The position numbers were made by a program, and so were the translations under genes. 29,974 nt of DNA from an uncultured Deinococcales bacterium. GTDB taxonomy: Bacteria > Deinococcota > Deinococci > Deinococcales > JAAFIG01. The first letter of the stretch is position 1. Every line of letters starts with the position of its first letter. Below are positions 15,365 through 24,211 of this stretch, piece by piece. The stretch spans positions 4,173-34,146 of the forward strand of contig CAXTKV010000032.1 of the NCBI GenBank assembly GCA_964244895.1. The letters are read 5' to 3'. The notes beneath the pieces are model-generated. The model was given only the letters and a program-made list of their open reading frames with translations. It was not told where the DNA came from and searched no databases.

Positions 15365-15614
15365 TGCCGTCCAGTGGTGCTCCGCCCTAACCTGACCCCC
15401 ATGAACGAGGCGCGCCAGCATCCCAGGCTCCGGAAGACGTTCACCCTGACCCGCGCATCCAACCGGATCGCGACCACGGTGAACGAGCCACGAGCCCTCG
15501 AGCGGGCCGCGTTCGCACAGGCCAAGACACCCCTCGGCGTGAAGCGCACGTAGACCCGAGGGCACGCCATCGCACCGGAACCGCGCTAGACGCGGATTCT
15601 CGAGGAGGTCACGC

Positions 15615-16370
15615 ATGAACAACGGTCTCAAGCTCATTCCGCTCGCCCTGCTGGCGGCGGCCTTCGTCGCCTGCCCGCAGCCCACGCCGACCCCTGGCGG
15701 TAACGCCCAGGTCGCCTCGGTCAAGGTCACGCCGGGGAACGCCACCGTGCAAACCGGAAAAACCGTCACCCTGAGTGCGGTGGCGCTCGACGCATCGGGG
15801 CAACCGGTGAGTGGCGTGAATTTCACCTGGCAGAGCGCCAACCCGCAGATCGCCAGCGTCTCGAACGGCGCGGTCAAGGGCCTCATGAGCGGAACCACCG
15901 ACATCACCGCCAGGGCTGGGGACAAGTTCGCCGGAGCGGAGGTCACGGTCACGGGCGGCACGACGCCTCCACCGCCCCCACCTCCGGCGAACGGCGGCAA
16001 TTTCACCGGTACGATCTTCGCGCCCGACGGCGGCGATGTCAAGGACACCGACGTGATCGCGTGCTTCGTGACGAACGACGGTTGCGATAAAACCAAGACG
16101 AAGGCCATCACCGTCACCAAGACCGGCGCGAGCTTCAGCTACAGCTTCTCCGGTCTCGAGAAGGGCGACTACATCATCGGCGGCCTCAAAGATGTCAACG
16201 GCAACGGCAAGGATGACGCGGGCGATTACTTCGGCTGCTACGACCAGAACGGCGATTCTTGCGGGATCGTTCAACCCTCGAAGACCGGTCTCAACTTCCC
16301 GATGGGTGTCGTCGGGGCGGGCGCACCGCAGGTGTCGCGCAAGCTCGTGGGCATCAACCTCGAACGCTGA
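15615..16370 (+). CDS. Lipoprotein with Big_2 Ig-like domain and C-terminal domain carrying a DxNGNGxxD Ca-binding-type loop
   Basis: GAGGAGG SD; lipobox AFVA-CPQP; VASVKVTP...FTWQSANPQIASVSNGAVKG; poly-Pro linker; KDVNGNGKDDAGDYFG. Confidence 0.85.
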   Translation: MNNGLKLIPLALLAAAFVACPQPTPTPGGNAQVASVKVTPGNATVQTGKTVTLSAVALDASGQPVSGVNFTWQSANPQIASVSNGAVKGLMSGTTDITARAGDKFAGAEVTVTGGTTPPPPPPPANGGNFTGTIFAPDGGDVKDTDVIACFVTNDGCDKTKTKAITVTKTGASFSYSFSGLEKGDYIIGGLKDVNGNGKDDAGDYFGCYDQNGDSCGIVQPSKTGLNFPMGVVGAGAPQVSRKLVGINLER

Positions 16371-16469
16371 GAGAAGACTCGAGAAAGCGCATTTCGGGTC
16401 GCACACCGACCGCGTGGGCGCGACCCGAACCCCGCGCACACCACCGCACCAGAGATTTGGAGAGACGAC

Positions 16470-17369
16470 ATGAAACGCACCATCACCAACCTGCTCGGGA
16501 GCGCGCTCCTGCTGGTGGTCAGCGCCTGCTCGCAGTCGATCGGTGGATCGACCGAGCTGGATTCGATCCAGCCGGACACGCCGCCAACGCCGCAATCGCC
16601 CGAGGTGCTCGCGCCCTACGTCGGACGGTGGGAAGGCAAGTACGTCACGCTCGTGCTGCTTTCCGATGGTCGCGCCGCGATCCTCAACCGCGCGTCCAGT
16701 TCGGTTCCGGCGGAGGTCGGCACCTACCGCATCCTGAGCGAGAAAAGCATTGAGTTCGACTGGCTCTTTAGCGGCCACGAGCAGACCTACGCCACCGTTT
16801 CCGGCGATGCCTTCACCCTTTCGATCTACGACCTCAGCCGGACGGCCTCGGCCAGCCAAGCCCAGGATGCCTACGACGCGATCGACCAGCCGCTCGTGGC
16901 GGAATCCGAGGCGTACCGCTCGAGGTTCCCGGTCGGGTCGCCGACCGACGCGCACGACCCCCTCGACCCGCACCCGGAGCGCCGCGAGGCTGGTGCGACC
17001 GTCTACAGCGGCGAGGGTCTGTACCTCTACGATTCGTTCAGCAATTCTGCCTGGGAAGAGCTGCCGAACGGTCACATCAACGTCTACGACGGCTATTCGA
17101 GGGTGGACATGTGGCTGTTGCCCGACGGGCGCGTCTGCAACCAGATCTGGTTGTGGCAGGGCGTGGATGTCCACGACGAGGCCCACGTCAAGCACGTGCT
17201 GTCCTGGGGCAAGTACAGCCTCGCGCCCGGTCAGAACGCGCTCGAAGGCGACATCGTGCGAATCGCCTTCGACAACGGGACGAGGGCCGCGTACCGCATG
17301 GTCGGCGGGCGGCGATACCTGAAAACCCGCGAGGTCACGTACCACAACGCGGCGCTCAAGGAGCGCTGA
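16470..17369 (+). CDS. Hypothetical lipoprotein, 299 aa
   Basis: GGAGAG SD; MKR N-terminus, lipobox VVSA-CSQ; GC3-rich codon pattern; no recognised domain. Confidence 0.8.
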   Translation: MKRTITNLLGSALLLVVSACSQSIGGSTELDSIQPDTPPTPQSPEVLAPYVGRWEGKYVTLVLLSDGRAAILNRASSSVPAEVGTYRILSEKSIEFDWLFSGHEQTYATVSGDAFTLSIYDLSRTASASQAQDAYDAIDQPLVAESEAYRSRFPVGSPTDAHDPLDPHPERREAGATVYSGEGLYLYDSFSNSAWEELPNGHINVYDGYSRVDMWLLPDGRVCNQIWLWQGVDVHDEAHVKHVLSWGKYSLAPGQNALEGDIVRIAFDNGTRAAYRMVGGRRYLKTREVTYHNAALKER

Positions 17370-17397
17370 TCCCGACTCGAGCATCACGTTCCCGCCC

Positions 17398-17430
17398 GTG
17401 CCGATGTGAAATCGGCACTGGACGGTTTTT
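17398..17430 (+). terminator. Probable intrinsic terminator
   Basis: GTGCCGAT-gtgaa-ATCGGCAC stem, extendable, followed by TTTTT at 17426-17430. Confidence 0.5.
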
Positions 17431-17444
17431 CCGAGGAGCCATTC

Positions 17445-19181
17445 ATGCGATTCCCACTCCATCCCGTCCCGTCGTTCGCCCCGATCGTTCTGGCCGTGGC
17501 GCTGACGGCCTGCCCAGCCCCGAGACCCGCCGAATCAACCGGCCTGCGCATCTCGCCCCAAACCGCGAGCGTGCCGGTGAACGGCGCGCGGCCACTCGAA
17601 GTCACCGCGAACGGCGCGCTGCCCGCGCGTCTGGACTGGCGCTCGAGCGACGAGACCATCGCCACCGTGGACGCGGGCGGCGTCGTGACCGGCGTGGCGC
17701 TCGGCACGGCCCAGATCACCGCCTCGAGCGGCAACCTGAGGGCCACGGCCAGCGTCAACGTGGTCTCGAGGAGCCTCGCGCCGGGCGAGGTCGGCGTGCT
17801 GCGCCCGCAGGATTTCGTCAACGGCCAGGTGAGCGTCGGTTTCGACGGTCTCGGCGCGGACGAGCGCGTCGCCGTGATTCCGGTTCACGCCACGCAGGAC
17901 ACGGACACGGACGGTCTGGATTACGCCCTCGAGGTGAACGGCATCGCGCCGAACGCGGGCATCGCCGATCAGCCGACGAACCCGCGCGCGACTTTCGAGA
18001 CCATGCACCTGAGAATGCTCGAGCGAAACCGCGCCTTGGCCGACGAACGCATCAAGGCGGGCGCTCGATTGCTCAACCAGGGTGGCGTTCGCAGGCAAGG
18101 TCTGGGCAAGTGCGCCGCGCCGTACACGGTGGGCGCGAAGCGCTGCGATTTCTTTGTCTTCAGTTCCGCGACCACCAACGATCAAACCCAGATCCGCGCC
18201 ACGCTCCGGTTCGAGAGCCGAAGCGCTTACTGGTTCGTACAGGACGAGGACGCGCAGGACATCAGCGATGCGGAACTCGAGGGACTGGCAAACCTCTTCG
18301 AGGCGACGCTCGTGCCGAGCGACCGACGCTACTTCGGTGAGTTCCCGGACGTGGACGCCAACAACAAGGTTTTGATCGTCTTCAGCCACCTGCTCGGGCC
18401 GAACGGCCTGCTCGGCTACGTCTCGCCACTCGATTTTTTCGCCGATGACGGTCGGAACCCGCGCAGCAACGAGGGCGACATCTTTTACGCGACCACGCCC
18501 GGTTCGGTCGCCAAGCGCTACCCGCGCGCGGAATTCCTGGGGAAAGTCATGCCCGCCACGATGGTTCACGAACTCAAACACCTGATCGTGGACGGTCTGC
18601 GGATGGCGCACCACGTCCGGCACGAGGAACTCTGGCTCGAGGAACCGTCCGCCGTGGCCGCCGAGCAACTCGCGGGTGTCGGGGCGCAGACCGGCAGCAT
18701 CCAGCCCTAGGCCGGGTTCGGGCTGCCCGCCCCACAGAAGGTTCGCATCGCTTACGCCAGCCGCCCGAGCGACACCACCGAAGAACTCGCCATGTACGGC
18801 TTCAACTTCCTGGTGCTGTGGAGGCTGGCGGAAAGCCTGGGGCACGACCAGTTCTGGTAATCGTGGGTGGCCGGGCCAGGCACCGGCATCCCCAACCTCG
18901 AGGTGCACGCCGGGCAAGCCTTCACCGAGATCATGCTCGAGGCCGCCCAGACGCTCCTGTTCGATCACGCGGGGTCGGTTCCCGGTCACGATTACCAGGG
19001 CATCAACCTGCGCGATGGCACCTGGAGGGCGCTCGGCGCGCTGGGGCTCTCGACCGTGAGCGGTACGGCCAGATCGTTCGCCTTTCACCTCGGGCAGGGT
19101 CTGGGCGAGGACGCGAGCGTGACGGTCAGGACGGCCTCGAGTCAGCCTTACGCGATCGTGGCGCGCTTCGCGGCGCGTTGA
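17445..19181 (+). pseudogene. Lipoprotein Big_2 plus zinc metallopeptidase (HExxH, M30-like), interrupted by two in-frame stops
   Basis: Lipobox ALTA-CPAP; Big_2 (WRSSDETIATVDAGGVVTGV); VHELKH...WLEE; TAG at 18708-18710 and TAA at 18858-18860, with plausible protein (MYGFNFLVLWRLAESLG) continuing in frame to TGA at 19181. Confidence 0.8.
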
Positions 19182-19224
19182 ACCCGCGACCGAGGCGGGT
19201 TCAGAACCGCTTCCAGGAGTCGAG

Positions 19225-19986
19225 ATGAACACTGGCCCATGGATTATCGCAGCGGTGCTCGCGGCGCTCAGCGCGTGTGCGCCCGTGAGCGTCAATGTCG
19301 AAACGACATCGCCCGACCTGAACGGTTTGCAGCGGGTGCATCTTCGAGCCTTCAATGGTCGCATTCGCGTCGAGATCGGTCAGCCGACGAGCCTGACCAT
19401 CATCCGGCGCGGCGATGTCGAGGTCAGCCTCCAGCGAAGCGCAGAAACATTCGAAGTTTCGAGCCGCAAGGGCCGTCCGATCTGCGAGGACTGTGGGGTT
19501 GACCTCGAGGTGAGGGTTCCAGCCGGGCTCGCGCAGGAACTCGAGACCAGCAACGGAGAGATCGAGGTGACCGGAGCAGCGGTCTCGGTCAACGCCCGAA
19601 CCTCGAACGCCACTATCACGGCACGGGATACGGGCGAGGCCGGCCTCGCGCTCGAGACGTCCAACGGCGGAATCGAGGTTCATCGTGCGCGGGGAGCCCT
19701 CAGTGCGCGAACCTCGAACGCTCCGGTCTTCCTCGAGCAAATCGTGCTCCGAGGCAGCTCGACCAGCCAGGCAATCACCTCGAACGCTTCGATCGAGGTG
19801 CGGGCACTCAGCGCTGCGGACGGACTTCGGGTTTCGGGCGCGACCACGAACGGCCCGTTGAACATCACCCTTCCCGGCTTCGATCTGCAACGAACGGGTT
19901 CGAGCTTCACCGCCGAACGCGACGGCCCGAACCCGGCGTCGCTCAAGCTCGAGACCAGCAACGCTGCGATCACCGTGCGACCCTGA
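19225..19986 (+). CDS. DUF4097-like beta-strand repeat lipoprotein
   Basis: Lipobox ALSA-CAP; VDLEVRVP followed by repeated LETSNGEIEV / ARTSNATITA / LETSNGGIEV units; AGGAG SD. Confidence 0.85.
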   Translation: MNTGPWIIAAVLAALSACAPVSVNVETTSPDLNGLQRVHLRAFNGRIRVEIGQPTSLTIIRRGDVEVSLQRSAETFEVSSRKGRPICEDCGVDLEVRVPAGLAQELETSNGEIEVTGAAVSVNARTSNATITARDTGEAGLALETSNGGIEVHRARGALSARTSNAPVFLEQIVLRGSSTSQAITSNASIEVRALSAADGLRVSGATTNGPLNITLPGFDLQRTGSSFTAERDGPNPASLKLETSNAAITVRP

Positions 19987-20014
19987 GCGGATTCGACTCG
20001 AACCTCGTTCAAAT

Positions 20015-20058
20015 GCACCGTCCAGGGCGTGCGTCAAATCCTGCGTCCCGGATGGTGT
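20015..20058. repeat. REP-like palindromic element
   Basis: GCACCGTCCAGGGCG...CGTCCCGGATGGTGT just after the stop of the upstream gene. Confidence 0.65.
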
Positions 20059-20335
20059 CCCTGAAGATTCAAGCGTGTGCCAAAAACGAACGGAGACCGA
20101 CCATGAAACGAATCAGAGTACCGGGCACGCTCAGGGTTGGTTTTTTGGCGGTGTCCCCGACCTCGAAGTGATCGGTGGCGCGAGCTTCGGCTTTCACGTT
20201 CAGTTGGGCAGCATCACGTCAGCAGCAAGTATTTCGGTCTTCGCAGCGATATCTCGCTGATCGTTACGCCCGGCCTCGACCTCGGGTTGGCCTCGATCTG
20301 TTCAGGCCCGCTCCCTTGGAGGGAATCTCGATGAC

Positions 20336-20566
20336 ATGACTGTTGTCAAGGAGATCACCCTCAGCTCAAAAGGTCAGATCGTCATCCCTGCCGACCTGCG
20401 CGACGCCCTCGGACTCGAACCTGGAGACCGCCCGCTGAACCGCCAGGACGGCCAGACCCTGACGCTCGAGCGCCGCCAGGACGTACTCGAGGCCCTCGAA
20501 GGCAAATATGCGATGCCTGGACGGTCGCTCGCCCAAGAACTGCGCGCCGAGCTCGCGCGCAAGTGA
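20336..20566 (+). CDS. vapB: Second AbrB-family antitoxin copy, possibly decaying
   Basis: About 90% nucleotide identity to 3268-3516 by manual alignment; LLIR changed to PLNR and a 12-bp deletion near the C-terminus. Confidence 0.75.
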   Translation: MTVVKEITLSSKGQIVIPADLRDALGLEPGDRPLNRQDGQTLTLERRQDVLEALEGKYAMPGRSLAQELRAELARK

Positions 20567-20755
20567 AGCCCCTGCGGGCGCAAGAGCGCGTGCCGGACGG
20601 GAGCGCACTCCAGCCCTTACGACCTGTCCCTCGGCGATTGCGCGTCTGGCCACGGCGGAGGCGCTCGGGCTCGAGATTCTGACGGGCGAGCGCGGTTGGG
20701 AGAAGGTGCCTGACCTCAGGGTCGCAGTGCTCTTGATTCGTAACCGCCGCCAGGA
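20563..20755 (+). pseudogene. vapC: vapC remnant with an internal deletion of about 225 bp and a frameshift
   Basis: Matches 3513-3560, then jumps to the 3785-3920 equivalent (PYDLSLGDCA..AEALGLEILTGERGW); extra 2-bp loss; first catalytic motif VLDAS changed to VPDGS. Confidence 0.85.
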
Positions 20756-20853
20756 GTGCTCCCCAGTCCTCGAGCGCGGAACGTGCCCAGGCCGGGATCG
20801 AGGAAGAACGCCTCGGCGCCCCCGTCCGCGCTGCGGCGTCCTGCGACGCTTGG

Positions 20854-22035
20854 TCAGGGGAACTGCGGGATGGAGCGGACCATGAACTCGTCGAAGAGCG
20901 GCACGGTGAAAGCGATGTCCCCGTGGGCGGGGCTGTAGATCATGCCCTTCTTGATCAGCTTCGCCCGCGTCGGGCCGAGGCTGGTGAGCTTGACGCCCAG
21001 CCTCGCGGCGATGTCGCCCGTCCGGTGCGGTCCGGGGCCGAGATCGGCCATGGCCCGCAGGAAGTTTTTCTCGCTCGGCGTCAGGCGATCAAACCGGACG
21101 CGGAAGAAGTTCTCGTCCAGGCGTTCAATTACGGTGGGCGTGGCCTGCTGCACATCTTGCAGGGTGATCGAGACCGACGAGGCCAGGTTCCACGCCTGGT
21201 AGCCCCACTCTTGCAGGAAGTACGGGTAGCCCCTGGTGAGGCGGAACACTTCGCGCAAAGCGTCGCTTGAGAACGCCACGCCAGCCGCCTGTGCGGGTTC
21301 TTGCAGCGCCCTCGCGGTGTCCACCTCCGACAGGGCTCCGACCTCCGGGAAGCCGAACAGCCGTTCCGCGTAGGACTTGGATTCGCCCGCCAGGGCCGGC
21401 AGGATCGGCAGGCCAGCGCCGAGAAGCACCAGCGGCAACTGGCGTTGCTGAACGCGGTGCATCGCCATGATCAGCGCGCCCAGCTCCTTCTGGTTGAAGT
21501 ACTGGATTTCGTCGATCAGGATCGCCACCGCCGCTTTGCGCTCCGCCGCCGCCTCGCCGACGGCCACGAACACGTTGGGCAGGTCGATCTCGAGGTCGCC
21601 GCTGTCGGCAGACCCGACCTCTGGGTCAATGTCGAGGCCGATCGTGAACTCGCCGACCGTGACCTTGATCGCGCCCATGAAGCTCCGCAGCACCCGCAGG
21701 CCGCGCCTGACCGTGTCGCCCGCCCCGGCCATGCGGTCCAGCTCGAAGAACAGGGTCCGCAATTGTGGCGCGATAAGCGGGCCGAGCGCCTTGTCCTCGT
21801 GCGCCTCGATGAAGATGGTGCGGTAGCCGTCGGTTCTGGCTTGGCGCTCGATCTCATTCAAGAGCACCGTCTTGCCGACGCCGCGAAGCCCGGTAAGCAG
21901 CAGGCTTTTCTCGGGCTTTTTGACCTTCACCCGTCCGAGCAGGATTCTGGCCTGCGTCAGGATCGGATCGCGCCCGACCAACTCGGGCGGTGGCGCGCCT
22001 GCACCGGGTGAGAAGGGGTTCTTGATCGGGTCCAT
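20854..22035 (-). CDS. AAA_16-like P-loop ATPase with C-terminal winged helix, 393 aa
   Basis: NPFSPGAG..PPELVGRD, Walker A GLRGVGKT, Walker B ILIDEIQ, TRGYPYFLQ, C-terminal TGDIAARLG..RAKLIKKGMIY. Confidence 0.9.
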   Translation of the reverse strand: MDPIKNPFSPGAGAPPPELVGRDPILTQARILLGRVKVKKPEKSLLLTGLRGVGKTVLLNEIERQARTDGYRTIFIEAHEDKALGPLIAPQLRTLFFELDRMAGAGDTVRRGLRVLRSFMGAIKVTVGEFTIGLDIDPEVGSADSGDLEIDLPNVFVAVGEAAAERKAAVAILIDEIQYFNQKELGALIMAMHRVQQRQLPLVLLGAGLPILPALAGESKSYAERLFGFPEVGALSEVDTARALQEPAQAAGVAFSSDALREVFRLTRGYPYFLQEWGYQAWNLASSVSITLQDVQQATPTVIERLDENFFRVRFDRLTPSEKNFLRAMADLGPGPHRTGDIAARLGVKLTSLGPTRAKLIKKGMIYSPAHGDIAFTVPLFDEFMVRSIPQFP

Positions 22036-22039
22036 GACT

Positions 22040-22100
22040 ACTCAAGTATACTTGTGTGTACGTGTTTTCGAGTATACATGGGTATAAATGGGTATATGGC
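22040..22100 (-). promoter_or_regulatory. Promoter/operator of the ATPase gene: palindrome over TATACT plus phased GTATA repeats
   Basis: CAAGTATACTTG perfect palindrome at 22043-22054; AGTATACATG/GGTATAAATG/GGTATATGGC at 22071-22100. Confidence 0.65.
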
Positions 22101-22389
22101 TGCAACCTCCCTTCACGCGTCGAGTGGAACTGGGTCGCGCCCAGGGCTCGACGGTGAGCGAGGTGTCTGGCACGCAGGATTTGGGGCGGTTTGACCGTGA
22201 TGTTGACAGTAACCGAGCCGAACAAGACCGCGGAACCTCGTGACCGCCTGGGGCAGACCGTGACCCAGGATTCTCTAAAATGTCGTCCAGCGCGCAAGAT
22301 CGTGATATTCAGATAGAATCGGCGCGAGACAAAAAACGTTCTGGCTGAACTTTGCAGTTGAGTCTGGCCGTTTTGGGGCCAGTGAAGGT

Positions 22390-23193
22390 TTACTGGACGA
22401 GCGGGTGAGCCCTCACCAGCCCGGCGAGATAGTCCACGTCATCGCCCGAGAGCGTGTCGATCAAACCCGCCTCGAGCCACTCGCCCACGCGCGGTGCGGC
22501 ATCCAGACCGAGCGCCCTGAAGCGCTCGAGCGTCGCCGGGCGCGGCAGGTGGCAGCGGATGGCGATGCCCGCCTCGTGGAAGCCGCGCGCGTCATCGGGA
22601 TGAAACATCCCCAGTTCGATCGAGACGCTGTCCACGCGCGCCGCCTCGAGCGCCCGCACCGGGTCCGCGAAGCGCTCGTGCGTGATCGCCTCGGTGCGCA
22701 CCTGCGGCAGCGCGGCCTTGAGATCGCGCAGCACGCAGTGGTCGAAGGAGATGAAGATCGCCTGCTCAAACGCGTCGGTGGTCTCGAGCAGCTCGCCCAG
22801 GCGCTCCACCAGGCGCGGCACGCGCACCGATTCCTTGATCTCGACCACCAGCCCGAGCTTGCCGCGCGACCACTCGAGCGCCTGCGAGAGCGTCGGGACG
22901 CGCGTGCCCGCGAACTCCGGCGCGAACCACGCGCCCGCCTCGAGCGTCTGGATGTCCGCGAGCGCGTGCGAGGCGACCAGGCCGTGGCCGTCGGTGGTGC
23001 GGTCCAGGGTCAGGTCGTGCATCAACACGATCTCGTCGTCTTTGGTCAGCACCACGTCAATCTCGGCGCTCGTGCCGCCGAGCCGATACGTGGCCTCGAG
23101 CGCGGGGATCGCGTTCTCCGGCGCGCCGATGCTGTGTCCGCGATGACCACAGACGTGGACGAAGCCGTTTTCGCTGGCGAGCAACTTGAACAT
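22390..23193 (-). CDS. Glycerophosphodiester phosphodiesterase (GDPD family)
   Basis: GHRG..APENA, EIDVVLTKDDEIVLMHDLTLDRTT, VEIK and ISFD motifs; GGAGG SD. Confidence 0.93.
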   Translation of the reverse strand: MFKLLASENGFVHVCGHRGHSIGAPENAIPALEATYRLGGTSAEIDVVLTKDDEIVLMHDLTLDRTTDGHGLVASHALADIQTLEAGAWFAPEFAGTRVPTLSQALEWSRGKLGLVVEIKESVRVPRLVERLGELLETTDAFEQAIFISFDHCVLRDLKAALPQVRTEAITHERFADPVRALEAARVDSVSIELGMFHPDDARGFHEAGIAIRCHLPRPATLERFRALGLDAAPRVGEWLEAGLIDTLSGDDVDYLAGLVRAHPLVQ

Positions 23194-23249
23194 GGTTCCT
23201 CCCGTAAACCTCGAGATGGGCGGTCTTCAGGCTCGAACCATGACTGTTC

Positions 23250-23310
23250 GAGAATACCGTCCTGAACGATATTTCTTCGATATTCGAGACACGTGTCCCG
23301 GACGGTGGTC
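23250..23310. repeat. REP-like palindromic element inside the operon
   Basis: GAGAATACCGTCCTGAACG...CGTGTCCCGGACGGTGGTC. Confidence 0.6.
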
Positions 23311-23327
23311 TGCTTCTCTGACGAGCC

Positions 23328-24194
23328 TCACAACTTGCCCATGCCCGAGGCGAGCGTGCCCTCGTTGGAGAGGCGTTCGGCCACGAAGAACACGATCACG
23401 GTCGGCACGAGCAGCACGAAGGTCACGACTGCCGCGCTGGGGAAGACGATCAACTGGCCGCCCAGGTAGCTCCAGAGCTTGACCGTGAGCGTCTGCACGG
23501 CGGGCGAGCCAACGATGAAGGTCTTGTCGAACTCCTCGAAGCTGCCGATGAACGACAGCAACCCGCCCGCCAGGAAGCCGGGCCGCGCGAGCGGAACGAG
23601 GACGTGCCGCGCCACCTGCCACGGGTTCGCGCCGAGCGTGCGGGCGGCGGCCAGCAAGCTCTCCGGGATGCCCTCGAGCGAGGCCACCAGGATGCGGATC
23701 ATCAAGGGCAGCGTCCCGACCGTCTGCACCAGCACCACGCCCGGCACGCTGTAGGCCAGCCCGAAGCGCAAAAAGAGCGTCCCCAGCCCGACCGCCACGA
23801 TGATCCCCGGCACGATCAGCGGGGCCAGCACGAGCAGTTCGATCCCGCGCTTGGCCCGCAACGGCAACCGCGCGAGCGCGTAGGCCGTCGGGAAGGCCAG
23901 CGCGCCCGAGAGCAGCGTCACGAGAACCGCGATCAGCACGCTCAGGCCGCCCGCCTCGAGGATGCCGGGGTCGCGCAGCGTCGCGCCCCAGAAGTGCGTG
24001 GACAACGACGGCGGCACGAGGTCCGGCGCGAACCAGCCCGCCTTCGGGTCCACGAGCGACCACAACAGCGCCACCAGCATCGGGAAGCCCAACGTCGCGC
24101 CGAGCGCGGCGAACAAGCCCACCGACAGCCACCGCTCCCGCCGCGACGAAGCGAGCGCTCGAACCCCAGAGGGCGCACTCGAGACCGATGTCAC
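23328..24194 (-). CDS. ABC transporter permease (PotC-like); start may be GTG 24209
   Basis: TM helices; LAPLIVPGIIVAVGL; EAA-loop variant SLLAAARTLGANPWQ; SFEEF. Confidence 0.9.
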   Translation of the reverse strand: MTSVSSAPSGVRALASSRRERWLSVGLFAALGATLGFPMLVALLWSLVDPKAGWFAPDLVPPSLSTHFWGATLRDPGILEAGGLSVLIAVLVTLLSGALAFPTAYALARLPLRAKRGIELLVLAPLIVPGIIVAVGLGTLFLRFGLAYSVPGVVLVQTVGTLPLMIRILVASLEGIPESLLAAARTLGANPWQVARHVLVPLARPGFLAGGLLSFIGSFEEFDKTFIVGSPAVQTLTVKLWSYLGGQLIVFPSAAVVTFVLLVPTVIVFFVAERLSNEGTLASGMGKL

Positions 24195-24211
24195 GAGCGA
24201 ACCGCGCACGC

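Larger units (their letters stand above)
1..22100. mobile_element. Putative integrated element / genomic island (satellite- or ICE-like replication module plus cargo); left end outside window, right end approximate
   Basis: Excisionase-primase-helicase cluster, TA pair and decayed TA copy, pseudogenes and lipoprotein cargo, followed by an abrupt switch to ordinary ABC transporter operons after ~22300. No integrase or att site visible. Confidence 0.5.

Noticed and set aside
18708..18860. Stop-codon reassignment (pyrrolysine or alternative code) in the peptidase
   Set aside because: Two different stops are involved, and TAG and TAA terminate other genes normally (26168, 24212, 22390, 9429).
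20075..20100. GTGTGCCAAAAACGAACG and GAGACAAAAAACGTTC (about 22326) resembling serine-resolvase res subsites
   Set aside because: Half-site resemblance from memory only, no resolvase in the window and no full site architecture.
22100..22390. tRNA fragment or attR at the island's right boundary
   Set aside because: No tRNA 3' end (TTCGA.TCCC...CCA) or repeat matching elsewhere in the window was found.
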